A DNA stretch of 64,000 nt from Sarea resinae (Eukaryota). Every line of letters starts with the position of its first letter. Position 1 is the stretch's first letter. This document shows, one piece after another, positions 36,930-47,744 of the stretch. Location: the NCBI GenBank assembly GCA_026026165.1, contig JAPEUD010000001.1, positions 744,001 to 808,000 on the forward strand, in the 5' to 3' direction. The notes below the pieces were generated by a model. The model ran no database searches and was not told where the DNA came from. It saw nothing but the letters and a program-made list of their open reading frames with translations. The position numbers and the translations under genes are program-made.

Positions 36930-36995
36930 GTAAGCATTCTCTTCTCCAAACCACACCTCAAGGCAGAAATCCAACAGGCCTAGCCAAAGCAGCAG
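36930..36995 (+). other. Probable 5'UTR intron of the mitochondrial uL10 gene
   Basis: CAG|GTAAGC donor and a CAG acceptor 6 nt before ATG 37002; branch site weak. Confidence 0.5.
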
Positions 36996-37001
36996 ATCAC
37001 A

Positions 37002-38045
37002 ATGCCTCCCCGAATACCTCTCCGCCTCCGGCTCCATCCATCCCGACAATGCCTCCTCCGGCCCCTTCAACCACCACCAGCACCAGCAAGACTCTACGCC
37101 ACCGCCGCTGCAGCCATAACGCCCTCTCCGTCCCATGAGCAAATCACCCACTCCGCGCCGCCAATCCTCCACTACCCGCCCACGCAAATCCCCTCGCACC
37201 GGCCTCCGGAATTCCGCAAGTCCCAACTCCACCGCCAGTACACGTCGCTGCTACGCTCGACGCCGCTGATGCTCCTCTTCCAACACAACAACCTCAAGTC
37301 GGCCGAATGGATGTCGATCCGGCGGGAGCTCGCGACCGCGCTGGAGAAAGTCGACGCCACGCTCGCGGCCGCGGGCCGGGAGCCCTCGAACCTGGCGACC
37401 GGCATCAAGCTGAACACGGTGCAGACGGGCATCTTCGCCGCCGCGTTGCGCGTGGTCGAGTTCTACAAGCCCGAGGAGCAAACCAGCACGTCATCCGCCA
37501 CCGCGGACGCCGACGCCGCAGCATTCACGCACGGCCTCTCGCGCAGCGCGCACGCCGCCGTGTCCAAGAAGAAGCGCGCGCACGCGCTCTCGCCGCTCCT
37601 CTCGGGCCCGCTCGTGCTCGTGACCTTCCCGACCGTGTCGCCCGAGCACCTCGCGGCCGTGCTATCGACGCTGGCGCCCAGCGCGCCGGACTTTCCCGCG
37701 CCCAAACGCCGGACCAACCCGGGCTACCACGAGCCCGCGGTGCAGAGCGGGCTGCAGAAGCTGCTGCTGCTGGGCGCGCGGGTCGAGGGCAAGGTCTTCG
37801 ATACCGAGGGCACCAAGTGGGTCGGCGGCATCGGGGGCGGCTTGGATGGCTTGCGGGCGAGATTGGTCGCTATGCTGCAGGGCATCGGCGGCGGCGTCAC
37901 CAATGCCTTGGAGAGCGCGAGCAGGAGTTTGTATTTCACTGTTGAGGGCAGGAGGATGATGTTGGATGAGGAGGAGAATGGCGGGAAGAAGGAGGAGCAG
38001 GCAGAGGGAAAGGCAGAGGGAGAGGGCGAGAAGAAGGATGGTTGA
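37002..38045 (+). CDS. MRPL11: Mitochondrial ribosomal protein uL10m (YmL11)
   Basis: Arg-rich presequence; PSHRPPEFRKSQLHRQYTSLL..LLFQHNNLKSAEW; LLSGPL; LLLLGARVEGKVFD; LRARLVAML. Confidence 0.85.
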   Translation: MPPRIPLRLRLHPSRQCLLRPLQPPPAPARLYATAAAAITPSPSHEQITHSAPPILHYPPTQIPSHRPPEFRKSQLHRQYTSLLRSTPLMLLFQHNNLKSAEWMSIRRELATALEKVDATLAAAGREPSNLATGIKLNTVQTGIFAAALRVVEFYKPEEQTSTSSATADADAAAFTHGLSRSAHAAVSKKKRAHALSPLLSGPLVLVTFPTVSPEHLAAVLSTLAPSAPDFPAPKRRTNPGYHEPAVQSGLQKLLLLGARVEGKVFDTEGTKWVGGIGGGLDGLRARLVAMLQGIGGGVTNALESASRSLYFTVEGRRMMLDEEENGGKKEEQAEGKAEGEGEKKDG

Positions 38046-38047
38046 GC

Positions 38048-38081
<34 letters not shown>

Positions 38082-38444
38082 CATTCTTTTGCGGTATAGC
38101 TGTATTATATATCGATCTCTGTCAGAAGCCGTTTCGGGGCCTTTGTATATTGCATAGGATTCAACGAAAAATACTGATTTCCCGTATTTACCCTGATCCG
38201 CCAGATGCTTGAGGAGAGACGCTCGAAGATGAGCTCTATCATCACACAGCCGAGAACCCCCTTGACACGGATTCTCATAAACATGACAATCCTCTCTAGC
38301 ACCCCATCTATCTATCCACCTATCTATCCCTCTATCTCACTTTCCAACAAGGGCAAAAGAGCATGGCAGCACCCCCCGATCCTATCTACCCAACCACGTC
38401 TTTTTCCCCGAACCCTCAATCTCCGCTTTGGCATCTTCACTGCA

Positions 38445-39902
38445 TCATTTGACATGCAACCTAGCATTCATAGCGACGATGCACCGAACGAGATCCCAGT
38501 CGTCGTGAAAGCCAACCCAATCACAGACGACGATTCCCGTGCCGCCATCCCCATCCCCGCCACCATCTTCAGCAGGGCCATCACAGCATCCGTGTCTCAG
38601 GCAGAGGTGCTCCGTGATGGCCGGATTCAGCTTCTCGGCAATCTTCTGCGGCCAGCATCCGGGCTTCCAGAAATTGGCAGCCGAGAGGAAATTCAGATGG
38701 AAGGGGATTTTCTCCGCCGAAGCAGAAGAAGAAGAAAGTGGAGGACAAGTGCATTTGCTAGCGCGATCGAGGAGCTCGCTGGCGACGCGGATCTTCTCGT
38801 CGATGTTCTCCGTCTCCAGGACCTCGCAGAAGTCCTGGACGCAGAAGTCGCGCCCGCTGCCGCAGATCTCGTGCGGGGTGTTGTACGTCCAGGTCTGGGC
38901 GTCGAGACACCAGCCGGCGCCGTCCCATTCGGAGCACAGGCCGTCCTCGAGCGCGAACCGTCGCACGAGCACGATCTTGCCGCGCGCCTCGCCGAGGGTC
39001 GGGATCCGCGGTGCCGTGAACCATTTGTGGACGTCGCCGGCGTAGTGGTCGCGCAGGATACGGCTCAAGGCCTCGTCCGTCGCGGAGCCCGTGCCTTCGC
39101 GCTTGATGGACATGATGATCGTCTCGGAGGGGTTCTGGGCCAGGAAGTCTTCGACCTTGTTGACGAGGTCGCGGAAGTATTTGGAGCCTGAGAGGGCGAC
39201 GGGGAATGCCGCGTGCACGAGGAGCAAGCTGTCTTTGGTCTCGCCCTTTTTTTCGGGCTGCACGCGGATGTCGAGGAAGCGGATGCCGTTCTTTAATTGC
39301 TCTGAGAGGGAGGCGGCTTGGCATCTCACGGAGGGCAGGGCGTGGTGGTAGGTGGGAGAGTTGTGGGTGCCTGGGATAGAGAGGGCGGAGAGGGGCAAGG
39401 CGTCGTCGAGGGATGCCATCCAAGAGGAGAGGCTGGAGGAAGAGAGGATCGAGAGGTGAGATTGGTTTGCATGATATACAGCCGTGAAGTTGAAGGAAGG
39501 GTCGGCGGTGAGTGGGACGAGACTTTTCGATGCCGCTGTCGGAGGAAGCGTGTCGAGGAGGTATTGCTGGCCATTGACTTCGAAAACGAGCCGGAGGACC
39601 TCGTGTGGGCCTTGCTCCGTGGTCTTGATCTCCGTTCGTGAGGTTTGGAAGGGTCCGATGCTGACAGAGGCGTCTTCGTGTCTGAAGCCGGAGGGGCTGC
39701 TGTTGCCATCGCCACTCGACTTGCGGGAAGAAGGCGAGCTATGTCGAGAGCTTCTGTTGCTAGACCGGCCTGTAAGCTTTCTCGTGATATTCGAGAAGCC
39801 CCGCGACTGGTCGAGGAGGGCGTGGTTCTCATAGCGCTCCAGATGCTTCAGCTCCACGGGACTGGAGGTGAGGTTACGGATCGTCAAAGGCTCTGCGCTC
39901 AT
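38445..39902 (-). CDS. Phosphatidylinositol-specific phospholipase C (bacterial-type X-domain, 1-phosphatidylinositol phosphodiesterase)
   Basis: LSIPGTHNS, QLKNGIRFLDIR, LLVHAAF, ETIIMSIKRE, PTLGEARGKIVLVRRF, VQDFCE, GIVVCDW; single 485-aa ORF. Confidence 0.9.
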   Translation of the reverse strand: MSAEPLTIRNLTSSPVELKHLERYENHALLDQSRGFSNITRKLTGRSSNRSSRHSSPSSRKSSGDGNSSPSGFRHEDASVSIGPFQTSRTEIKTTEQGPHEVLRLVFEVNGQQYLLDTLPPTAASKSLVPLTADPSFNFTAVYHANQSHLSILSSSSLSSWMASLDDALPLSALSIPGTHNSPTYHHALPSVRCQAASLSEQLKNGIRFLDIRVQPEKKGETKDSLLLVHAAFPVALSGSKYFRDLVNKVEDFLAQNPSETIIMSIKREGTGSATDEALSRILRDHYAGDVHKWFTAPRIPTLGEARGKIVLVRRFALEDGLCSEWDGAGWCLDAQTWTYNTPHEICGSGRDFCVQDFCEVLETENIDEKIRVASELLDRASKCTCPPLSSSSASAEKIPFHLNFLSAANFWKPGCWPQKIAEKLNPAITEHLCLRHGCCDGPAEDGGGDGDGGTGIVVCDWVGFHDDWDLVRCIVAMNARLHVK

Positions 39903-41236
39903 CTCGTTTTCTACGCAAATGCTGCAGTTTTGAATAAGACAATTCCACGCGCGAAGGTGTTCTGTTCAGGCAGTTCTCAGTCTCCCGTAAACAAAATTAC
40001 ATGAAATCAAATGGCCGTGTGCTGGCAGCTTCTACTTACTACCTGATACGCAAGATCGTGGCTTCGGTGAGGTGGGCGGTGAACACGTTGGGCGGCATGA
40101 CGTCTTCAAGGTTCTTTGTTTTCGGTTCGGCTGTCGTCCCACATACCTAACAGCTAATAGCTTCCAAGTTGGCATCAAAACACATGCAGATGGCATGCAA
40201 CAGCTTTGTAGTATTCGATATCTAATATTCAATAATCGACATTTGATATTCAAGGAAACAACATCGCCGTAACGAGGACTCGAACGCGCCCTGTCCGAAA
40301 GAGGCAATAAAGGTACGTGGCATGCCCCAGCACACCCGCCAGCCAAAAAGCTCAGATCGCCCTGGCCGGGGACGATCCTACGACAACCCTCCTTTTGGTG
40401 GGGGTTTGTCTCAATGCCGTAGTTGTGTGGCAGTAGCTGAAGGGATGCTGTTATCACTGGATTTATCAGGTCGGCCGGGCTTCCGGGATCAATGTATCCA
40501 AGACACATATCTTTTCCGTTTTCACCCCAACCGCCTAGGCCAGACTAACCTTCGTTGACATATGTCGGGCTATTCATGGTTATATGCCTCCTGTCGGTAT
40601 CGATTCACCACTGCGAACACAGGAGGTAGCGAGCACATACGCATTCATCCGGTGTGGCACACCAGACCTATTTCACATATCACAATCTCATCATCATCGA
40701 CCTTGTGCCAAGGCCCTGGGAGACAGCATCAAACGAATCCTTCATCAAGTTGGTTTTCATTGTTTAGTTGATCACAATATACCACTTTGCCAGAAGAGAG
40801 CAAATTGTGACCGTTTGACGTGATATGATCGTGCAACAGTGAACCGTGTTCTATGCTTCGACGGGAATCGGACCATGCAAACATTCAACGCTCGCCCATA
40901 CGCCTTCACCCGAACGCTCGACGATGGCTATGACATAGAAGAGAAGGACAACATGGCTGTAAGCAGAGAAGGGGAGGGACATATGCTTGAAGGGTCTGTA
41001 TGGGAAGAGAGATTCTGAAAACCGTACGTCTCCAGCGCCGTTCCCGATATGCTAACTTTTCAATATGCCTGGCAGATTGAGGATGGGCCAAACCATAAAG
41101 TGCAACGCAACTTCGAGATTGCATACTATTGATCGTGTTCTAATGAATTGGGGTCGGTTGTTGGGCGTCTCTGCCTAAGAAATGGTATCGTTTAATTGCA
41201 GCCGTTGCATTCCCTCGATGAAATGCCCAAGGTAAA

Positions 41237-43428
41237 TCACGAACCCCGGTAGGCATCGAACCGCTTGTAGGTGTATCCGATGAAAGGAAGGCTCATCTCA
41301 GCACTGCGCTCGTCACCGTGGGCCTGGGTCTGAGCTCTCATGGCGGCAGTGTTGTCTGTCTGGTCGATCTCGTCCGTTGGGAAATAAGTCACGTCAACGT
41401 TGGAGCTCAGCTTGGGCTCGAATGGAGCACGGATCTTTCGTAATTCATTAAAGCTGACGCCGCGGAAGAATGGGTGGGTCTTGATCTCCTGAGCTCCGCC
41501 GATGTGGCCTAGACGATTTGGCGAATCACATACGAGGCTATTGACAAACACCGTTAGTTCTGGCATTCAGAAGGGAACAAGGCTTGATTTAGACGATAGT
41601 GACAAGTTGAAAGATCCAGTGGTTTTGTTGGGGGGAAGAGAGATTTTCAGAATGGGGGCCACGTACTTTCGAATCAAGCTCTCTGCCTCGGGAGAGAGAA
41701 TGATATCGTCAGGGAAATACAGAGTCTCCGGCCAGGCCACGATCTTGCGATAGGTATCGTGGGGATCATCGGCACAGAATGGAGGCCAGCCAACCAAGCA
41801 TTCGAACATGATTGTACCCACAGACCACCAATCGCAGTCAAAGGAATAGCCATGCCCACTGAAGATCTCTGGAGCAATGTAATCAGGAGTTCCGACTGTG
41901 GAGTATGCCATGACACGACGAGACTTGCGCCAAGTATTGACTTGAGTTCGATTGCTGACTGTGAGGTTGATCTGGTCCAAAGATACGGAGTTGCGGTCCT
42001 TTGGCTTGCTAGACTTTCCTGAGAGTAATTGCTGATAATATGAGTTATCGTGCAGCTTGTGGAAGCCGGTTGAAAGGCCAAAGTCAGTAAGCTTGATATG
42101 CCCACCACGATCGAGAAGGATGTTGTCTGGTTTGATATCACTATGTAGAGGATTAGCCAAGCAAGACAAAAATTCGAGTGAAACAATGCTTTGGGCCGCA
42201 TACCGATGGATGAAGCCTAGTTTGTGCACCGCCTCGATGGCACAAACAATCTCCGCCATGTAGAATCGAGTGATATCTTCTGAAAAGATCTCGTATTTGA
42301 TGAGCATCGTCATGAGATCACCTCCCGGAAGGAATTCCATCAGCATGTAGAGAAACGTTGGGTCCTGGAATGTGGTATGAAGCTTGACGACCCAGGGGCT
42401 GTCAGACTCAGCGAGGATGTCACGTTCTGACCGAACATGGGCAAGCTGGTCTTTCTTAAACATCTCAGACTTGACCAGAGACTTCAAAGCGTAGATTCTG
42501 CCGTCAGTCTTCCGCTGCACGAGCTTTACTTCGCCAAACGCGCCCTTGCCAATGACCTTGAGAGTGCTGAAGTTTTGCGGTACCTCTTTGGTTCGTAAGA
42601 ATCGCAAGTACTGAGCTTCGGCTTTGCGCATGTTGATTCTCTTTTGCTCCTTCCGAGTCTCGGAGATGGACGGATCCTTGTTGATCTGTTCAAGTTCCAC
42701 GGCGCTGTTTATGACAAATGTCAGCCAGTTCCATCCTCAGGCCAAGAAGTCGGAAAGTGAAGCTACGACTAGATTGAAAAGAGAATGAATACTCACCGGC
42801 CATTACGATCACGAGCACGCTGGACGTTCTCCTTGAAGAAAGCAGAGACCAACTCGGAGGCCATTGCAGCACGTTGCTTCACATTTGCGGAGTACTTCTC
42901 AGGATTTCTCTCGGGGAGCACATCGTCTGTCACTGACGGGCCGTGGCTCGATGCTGGTGTGCCTAGGTAACCTCCATACTGTGGGCCAGTGCTCCCAGAG
43001 GTCTTAGGACGTTGATTTGGAGATGGTTGACGTGCATATGCGCCCGCTTGACGAGCAGTTCCGAGGTTCTGATGAGAGAATTGATGAACAAGACCATTCG
43101 TGCCATCGTTTGCATTGTAACCACCTTGTCGCTGCTGGTACGCTGGCTGGGGGGCCTGCAAGGTCTGCTGCTGCTGATAGTAGTCTTGCTGCTGTTGGTA
43201 TTGGGCTGGGTAGGGGTTGGTCATGAAATAGCCAGCACCAGCACCGTAAGCTCCAGGTGCCTGTTGACCGCCATTCCAATTCTCATGGCCGCCTTGACCT
43301 TGACCTTGTTGTAGCGGCTGAGGAAAACTGGAGGGTGTGGTCGGGAAGACACGATCGTTTGACGGGAAGTTGCGATCGTTGTATCCGAAATTGAGATGAA
43401 GACGATTATTGGGGTTGTTAGGGTCCAT
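41237..43428 (-). CDS. COT1: NDR-family Ser/Thr kinase (Cot1/Cbk1/Orb6), 4 coding exons
   Basis: [15 protein letters not shown] start and Q-rich N-terminus; [43 protein letters not shown] tail [11 protein letters not shown]. Confidence 0.95.
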
Positions 43429-44033
43429 ATTGCTGATAAGGCAGTGAGCAGGAGCGCACGAGGTTGTCGATGAGAGAGTGCGGCGAGATCTTCGGACGAG
43501 ATTCAAGTTTGAAGGCTCACGAGCCGCGGGGTATCCCAGAACACTAATGATCTGAGCAATCAATCAAGCACAGTAAGCTTTCCATGCAAAAGCTGACCTG
43601 GTGTCTTAGCGACCTCGATTGTTGGTCCCGACGAGATGCCCCGCAGGTGCAGAAGGCAGCTGAGTCGTCTAACAAGGGCAGTGAATGCTGGGGTGAAGCG
43701 GTGGATGTGGTGAGGCAAAGGGTTCCGGATCGAAGGACCTGATGGTGGTGGTGGTGGTGCTGCTGCTGCTGCTTCAACGTGTTGACGTTTCCACACCGAC
43801 TGGCTGGATCAATCAGGCAAACGACAAAACAATGCCAGATGCTCGGATGCAGTGGTCCGCGGGGACGAGTGTGAGGAATGAGGGACAGAATGGCCCGTCA
43901 ATCAAGACCAGACCCAAGGGAGGTGGAAAAGGGGAGGGGAGGGGGGGGGAGAGGAAGTGGAATGGGATAGTTGAAGGATCTGGGTGGTAAGGGATGAGTG
44001 GACGGGTGTGGAGTACTGGATGGAGCTGATTGA

Positions 44034-44112
44034 GGTGTGTGCGTGTGTGTGTGTGAGTGTGTGTGTGTGTGTGTGTCTGTGTGTGCAGGTAGGTGCCTGA
44101 CTGACTGACTGA
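44034..44112. repeat. (TG)n and (CTGA)n microsatellites upstream of COT1
   Basis: Directly visible. Confidence 0.85.
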
Positions 44113-45648
44113 CTTTACGGTCTGACAGTTCTACCGCAGTGGGCAAGGTCGTTAGTGCTCTTGTCGATGGAGCCTGCGCTTGAGCCTGTTCTGACCTCCT
44201 CTCTCCCCCCGTCTCTCTACTCCGTGCTCTGCTCTATTCTACTGTTCTACTATTCTACTATTGCTACTGCATACGAATGTCGCGGGCAAGACATTGAGTG
44301 CTTGCCTTGGCTAGGTACTTTAGAAGCATAGAGATGTCTTGTATTTCCCAGAGGGAGAGGAAGGTGCAATGGGAGAATCATGAAATGCCTCCAGGCCTGC
44401 TCTCCCCTACTCCCCGACGGCCTAGTCGTTTCGTCGTGTCGGGGTTCCCTCAGAGTCTCCTCTCTCCAGGGCTTGTCGATAGCGATTGGACAGGGTTTCC
44501 CCTGGCTTCCATCACCCGCCCGCGGTTCCCCCTCGTCGGTCCCACTGCGCAGTACGCAGCAGGAGTACGCTGTACGCAGTAGGCAGCCCTGAGTGGCCCT
44601 CGCACCCTCGTACTCCGTACCTGAATCACCACCCGCTCGACGGCAAGTCAATAAGGTACCTTAGTCCACGGCAATGCTTGCACACGGTACTCTACTGGCG
44701 ATGAAGCATAGCGCGAGCAATACAGAATTAGAGACCGTGGAGCCTCCCCTGTGAAAGCAGCAAAAGAGGGACGTCGATGTCTCTCGGCATCCATCGGCGG
44801 TCAAACAGTACCGATACTTCCATCAAAGGAGTCCCTGAGTCCCTGAGTCCCCCACACGTGGTCGGCGGGTCGCGGAAAGAATGTCGCATGCTTCGGTGCT
44901 CGACATCGTACTCGATGTCACACAGATCAACGGATCAACGGTGAAGAATTGAACCAGTAATCCGTCTCGTCATGATCGCAGGGGAATGAATGGATGATCG
45001 GTTTGATGGACGGCTCTTGAAGATTGTCGGGTCTGGCAAGAATGACTTGTCTTACCTCCCGTCTCACGGCTAAGGAGTAGCAATAGTACTCGTTGATTGA
45101 TGTGGTTCACAAGAGGAGGGGGCAGAACAGGCTATTAGCTTGCATTTTATTCTCCGACACGTTGAATGGATATGCAGTCTACGGGAGTATGTGATCAAGT
45201 TCAACGGTTACCACCGTCAGGCAACTCCATGACTACCTTACTTACGGTAGGTACTGTGATAGCAATGTCCTTGAGCATGATCAATCATTATGTCGTTTGC
45301 GCAGTGAAACAATACTCAGCCTCTGAAATTCAGCCATTGGAATGGTCTACTCGGAGTAGGTGCTGCAGTATGGAGGAGTGCCAAGTGCCAGAGCCAAGGA
45401 GCTGCCAAACAGCGAGCTCGGCAGAGCGACGAGGCTAGCCCGAAAAGGATCCTAGAAAACTTCCAAAGCTGGAGGCTACCTTGGGTTCCTAAATGTACAG
45501 TAAATCATAATTATCACACAGCTGTTGAGACAGGCCTAGTTGACCACCTCGGCCCTGGTGCAACAGAAGTCACAGCTGCATGGTCTAACTCTTCGCAAGC
45601 TCCCGTCATCACCGCTGAATTCACATCTTCTAGTGGTCACCGTTGGCC

Positions 45649-47148
45649 ATGGCAGACAGCAAGCCGTCGCCGTCGCCGTCGCCGTCGCCGGCTCCGTCTG
45701 GAGCCAGCCCATCAGGCCCGTCTACGAAAGCACCACCAGCCAAACCGGCTTTGGGAAATCCTGCTTTCAGAGCCATGGGTAAGCGCAAAACGGCATTTGA
45801 ATTCTTGCATATATGCTCATTCTATCTAGGTCTCCCGAACTTCAGCTTGAAGCTGCCATCCCGAAATTGGATGATCTTCATCTCTATCACCTCGACATTC
45901 ACCGGCTTTCTACTCTATGACAGACACCAAAAGAAACAGACGCAGAAGAAATGGTGCACACTCGTCTCGCATCTTGCCGATGAACCACTCCCAGTATCAT
46001 CGATGCCGCGGAAGTTGACCGTCTACTTGTGCGCGCCGCCTGGAGACGGGATCAGGTCGGCACGAGAGCATTTCAACGAGTATGTGAAGCCGATATTGAC
46101 TGCGGCAGCATTGGATTGGGATATGGTAGAGGGAAGAAGGGAGGGAGATATACGATCGCGTTTAGCAGAAAAGGTACGGAAGCTCCGGCAAAGGTCGGGA
46201 GAGGCGCGAGAGACGCCGTTAGAGGAGGACACCGAATATGTGATTGAGGAGACGAGGAAGAAAGTGGGCATCTCCGAATGGGATGGGGTGAAAGGAGACG
46301 TCGTGGTTGGTCGACACACATGGAAAGAGTATGTGCGAGGTCTTCACGAGGGCTGGCTAGGCCCACTTGATCCACCGCCGCAGCCACCGCAACCATCGTC
46401 AGCAGATGAGGCTTTACCAGCAGAGGGAGAGCCACAGCCGCAGACAGACCTCTCCGAGTCCAAGGCAGACACACATGCGCCGCAAACCTCAATGGACGAC
46501 TCAGCTCCACCGGCTGCATCTGCTGCAGAACCTCCAGCCAAACCGGCGGAGACCTCTAAACCAAGCAAACCCTCGATTCAGCCACCATATATTCAGCCTG
46601 GCGATTATTCAGCCTCACCCCTCCCACCTACCATCCCACAAATACTGGGTCCCTCGTCGCCAGTCCAGTTCCCTCATATACTTGGCATCCTTAATACACC
46701 CACCCGAATTTACCGCTATCTCACCCAACGATACCTGGCCGACGACGTCGGGCGCTCTACTGCAGCGGCTGTTCTCGCCGCTTACCGCCCCTACCATGAA
46801 TCAGACCCCTCGTCAGAGTTTAGCTCTGATTCAGTTTCTCCTACGAGCCCCAGTAACAGCGACCCAAGTAGCATCGACGGCACTGCCACCTCGGCGCAGG
46901 AATGGGAGCAGCTCCATCTCTTCGAGAACGAGGAACCAGAGTGGCACAAGTCGGTCCGTAAGCCGCGAGATGATGATGCCGAGCGCACGTGGTTGGACGA
47001 CATGGTGCTAGATCCGCGAATCGCGGCTCGCATGCGGAGATTTGAGCTTGAAGCGGCCGAGGAGGCTAGGGCACAAAGAATCTTGGAAGGAAAGGAGGAC
47101 GTCAAGGGGCAGAATGGCAACGAGCCCGAAGCCGCGACCGAGGGATAG
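45649..47148 (+). CDS. TIM54: Mitochondrial TIM22 complex subunit Tim54, 2 exons
   Basis: NPAFRAMG|LPNFSLKLPSRNWMIF, TM segment, LCAPPGDG, FNEYVKPIL, GRHTWKEYVRGLHEGWLGPL, HILGILNTP; intron 45779-45829. Confidence 0.93.
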   Translation: MADSKPSPSPSPSPAPSGASPSGPSTKAPPAKPALGNPAFRAMGKRKTAFEFLHICSFYLGLPNFSLKLPSRNWMIFISITSTFTGFLLYDRHQKKQTQKKWCTLVSHLADEPLPVSSMPRKLTVYLCAPPGDGIRSAREHFNEYVKPILTAAALDWDMVEGRREGDIRSRLAEKVRKLRQRSGEARETPLEEDTEYVIEETRKKVGISEWDGVKGDVVVGRHTWKEYVRGLHEGWLGPLDPPPQPPQPSSADEALPAEGEPQPQTDLSESKADTHAPQTSMDDSAPPAASAAEPPAKPAETSKPSKPSIQPPYIQPGDYSASPLPPTIPQILGPSSPVQFPHILGILNTPTRIYRYLTQRYLADDVGRSTAAAVLAAYRPYHESDPSSEFSSDSVSPTSPSNSDPSSIDGTATSAQEWEQLHLFENEEPEWHKSVRKPRDDDAERTWLDDMVLDPRIAARMRRFELEAAEEARAQRILEGKEDVKGQNGNEPEAATEG

Positions 47149-47744
47149 CACATGTTCCTTGATGCGTCGTCGGGTAGACCGACTCGGGACAAGTCATTCT
47201 GCCCGGGCCACCCCGTAGTGTACTGATTGTATAGATAGACATATCCCCCGATCTCAATGTATAATATATTCTGGTGTGTTCTTTTGGTTCAACGTGGTTC
47301 ATCGTCGACGAGGTTGGCAAGCCCTCGACCCTGGTCTGGCCTTCGGGTACTTCAGTGTAGCTTCCTACTCCGGTCAGAGTCGATTACATAGCGCTCGGTA
47401 AAATCCGAGCTCGTGTAGGAGGGTCGACTCTCAAGTCCAAGTGAGAACACCGAACACTTCGCTGTGTGTGTGCGGTTTTACGAATAACGAACGTCACTTT
47501 CCCCGTGCTCCGACAGTCACCTACAGAAGACACCAGAGGCAGCCGTTCTCTCAGGGCAAACTGACAGTCCACAGTACATCTGTCTACAGCCCTGCGAAGT
47601 GGATCAATGCCTGCGTGGCGCATGTGAATTGAATCATCGTTCCTGAATCACCGTGTCAAGTCGGTCATTACTGTCGAGCCTTCTTCTTCTACTCCTTCTT
47701 TTTCCCGAGCAATCGCTTGATCGGTCCCTTAATACTCTTCCAGT

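Noticed and set aside
37307..39834. Overlapping 170-330 aa alternative-frame ORFs over MRPL11 and PI-PLC
   Set aside because: By-products of very high GC3 content; no protein motifs.
40262..40380. B-box/T-loop-like GTTCGAGTCC on the minus strand (possible tRNA)
   Set aside because: T-stem and acceptor stem do not pair; no cloverleaf can be built.
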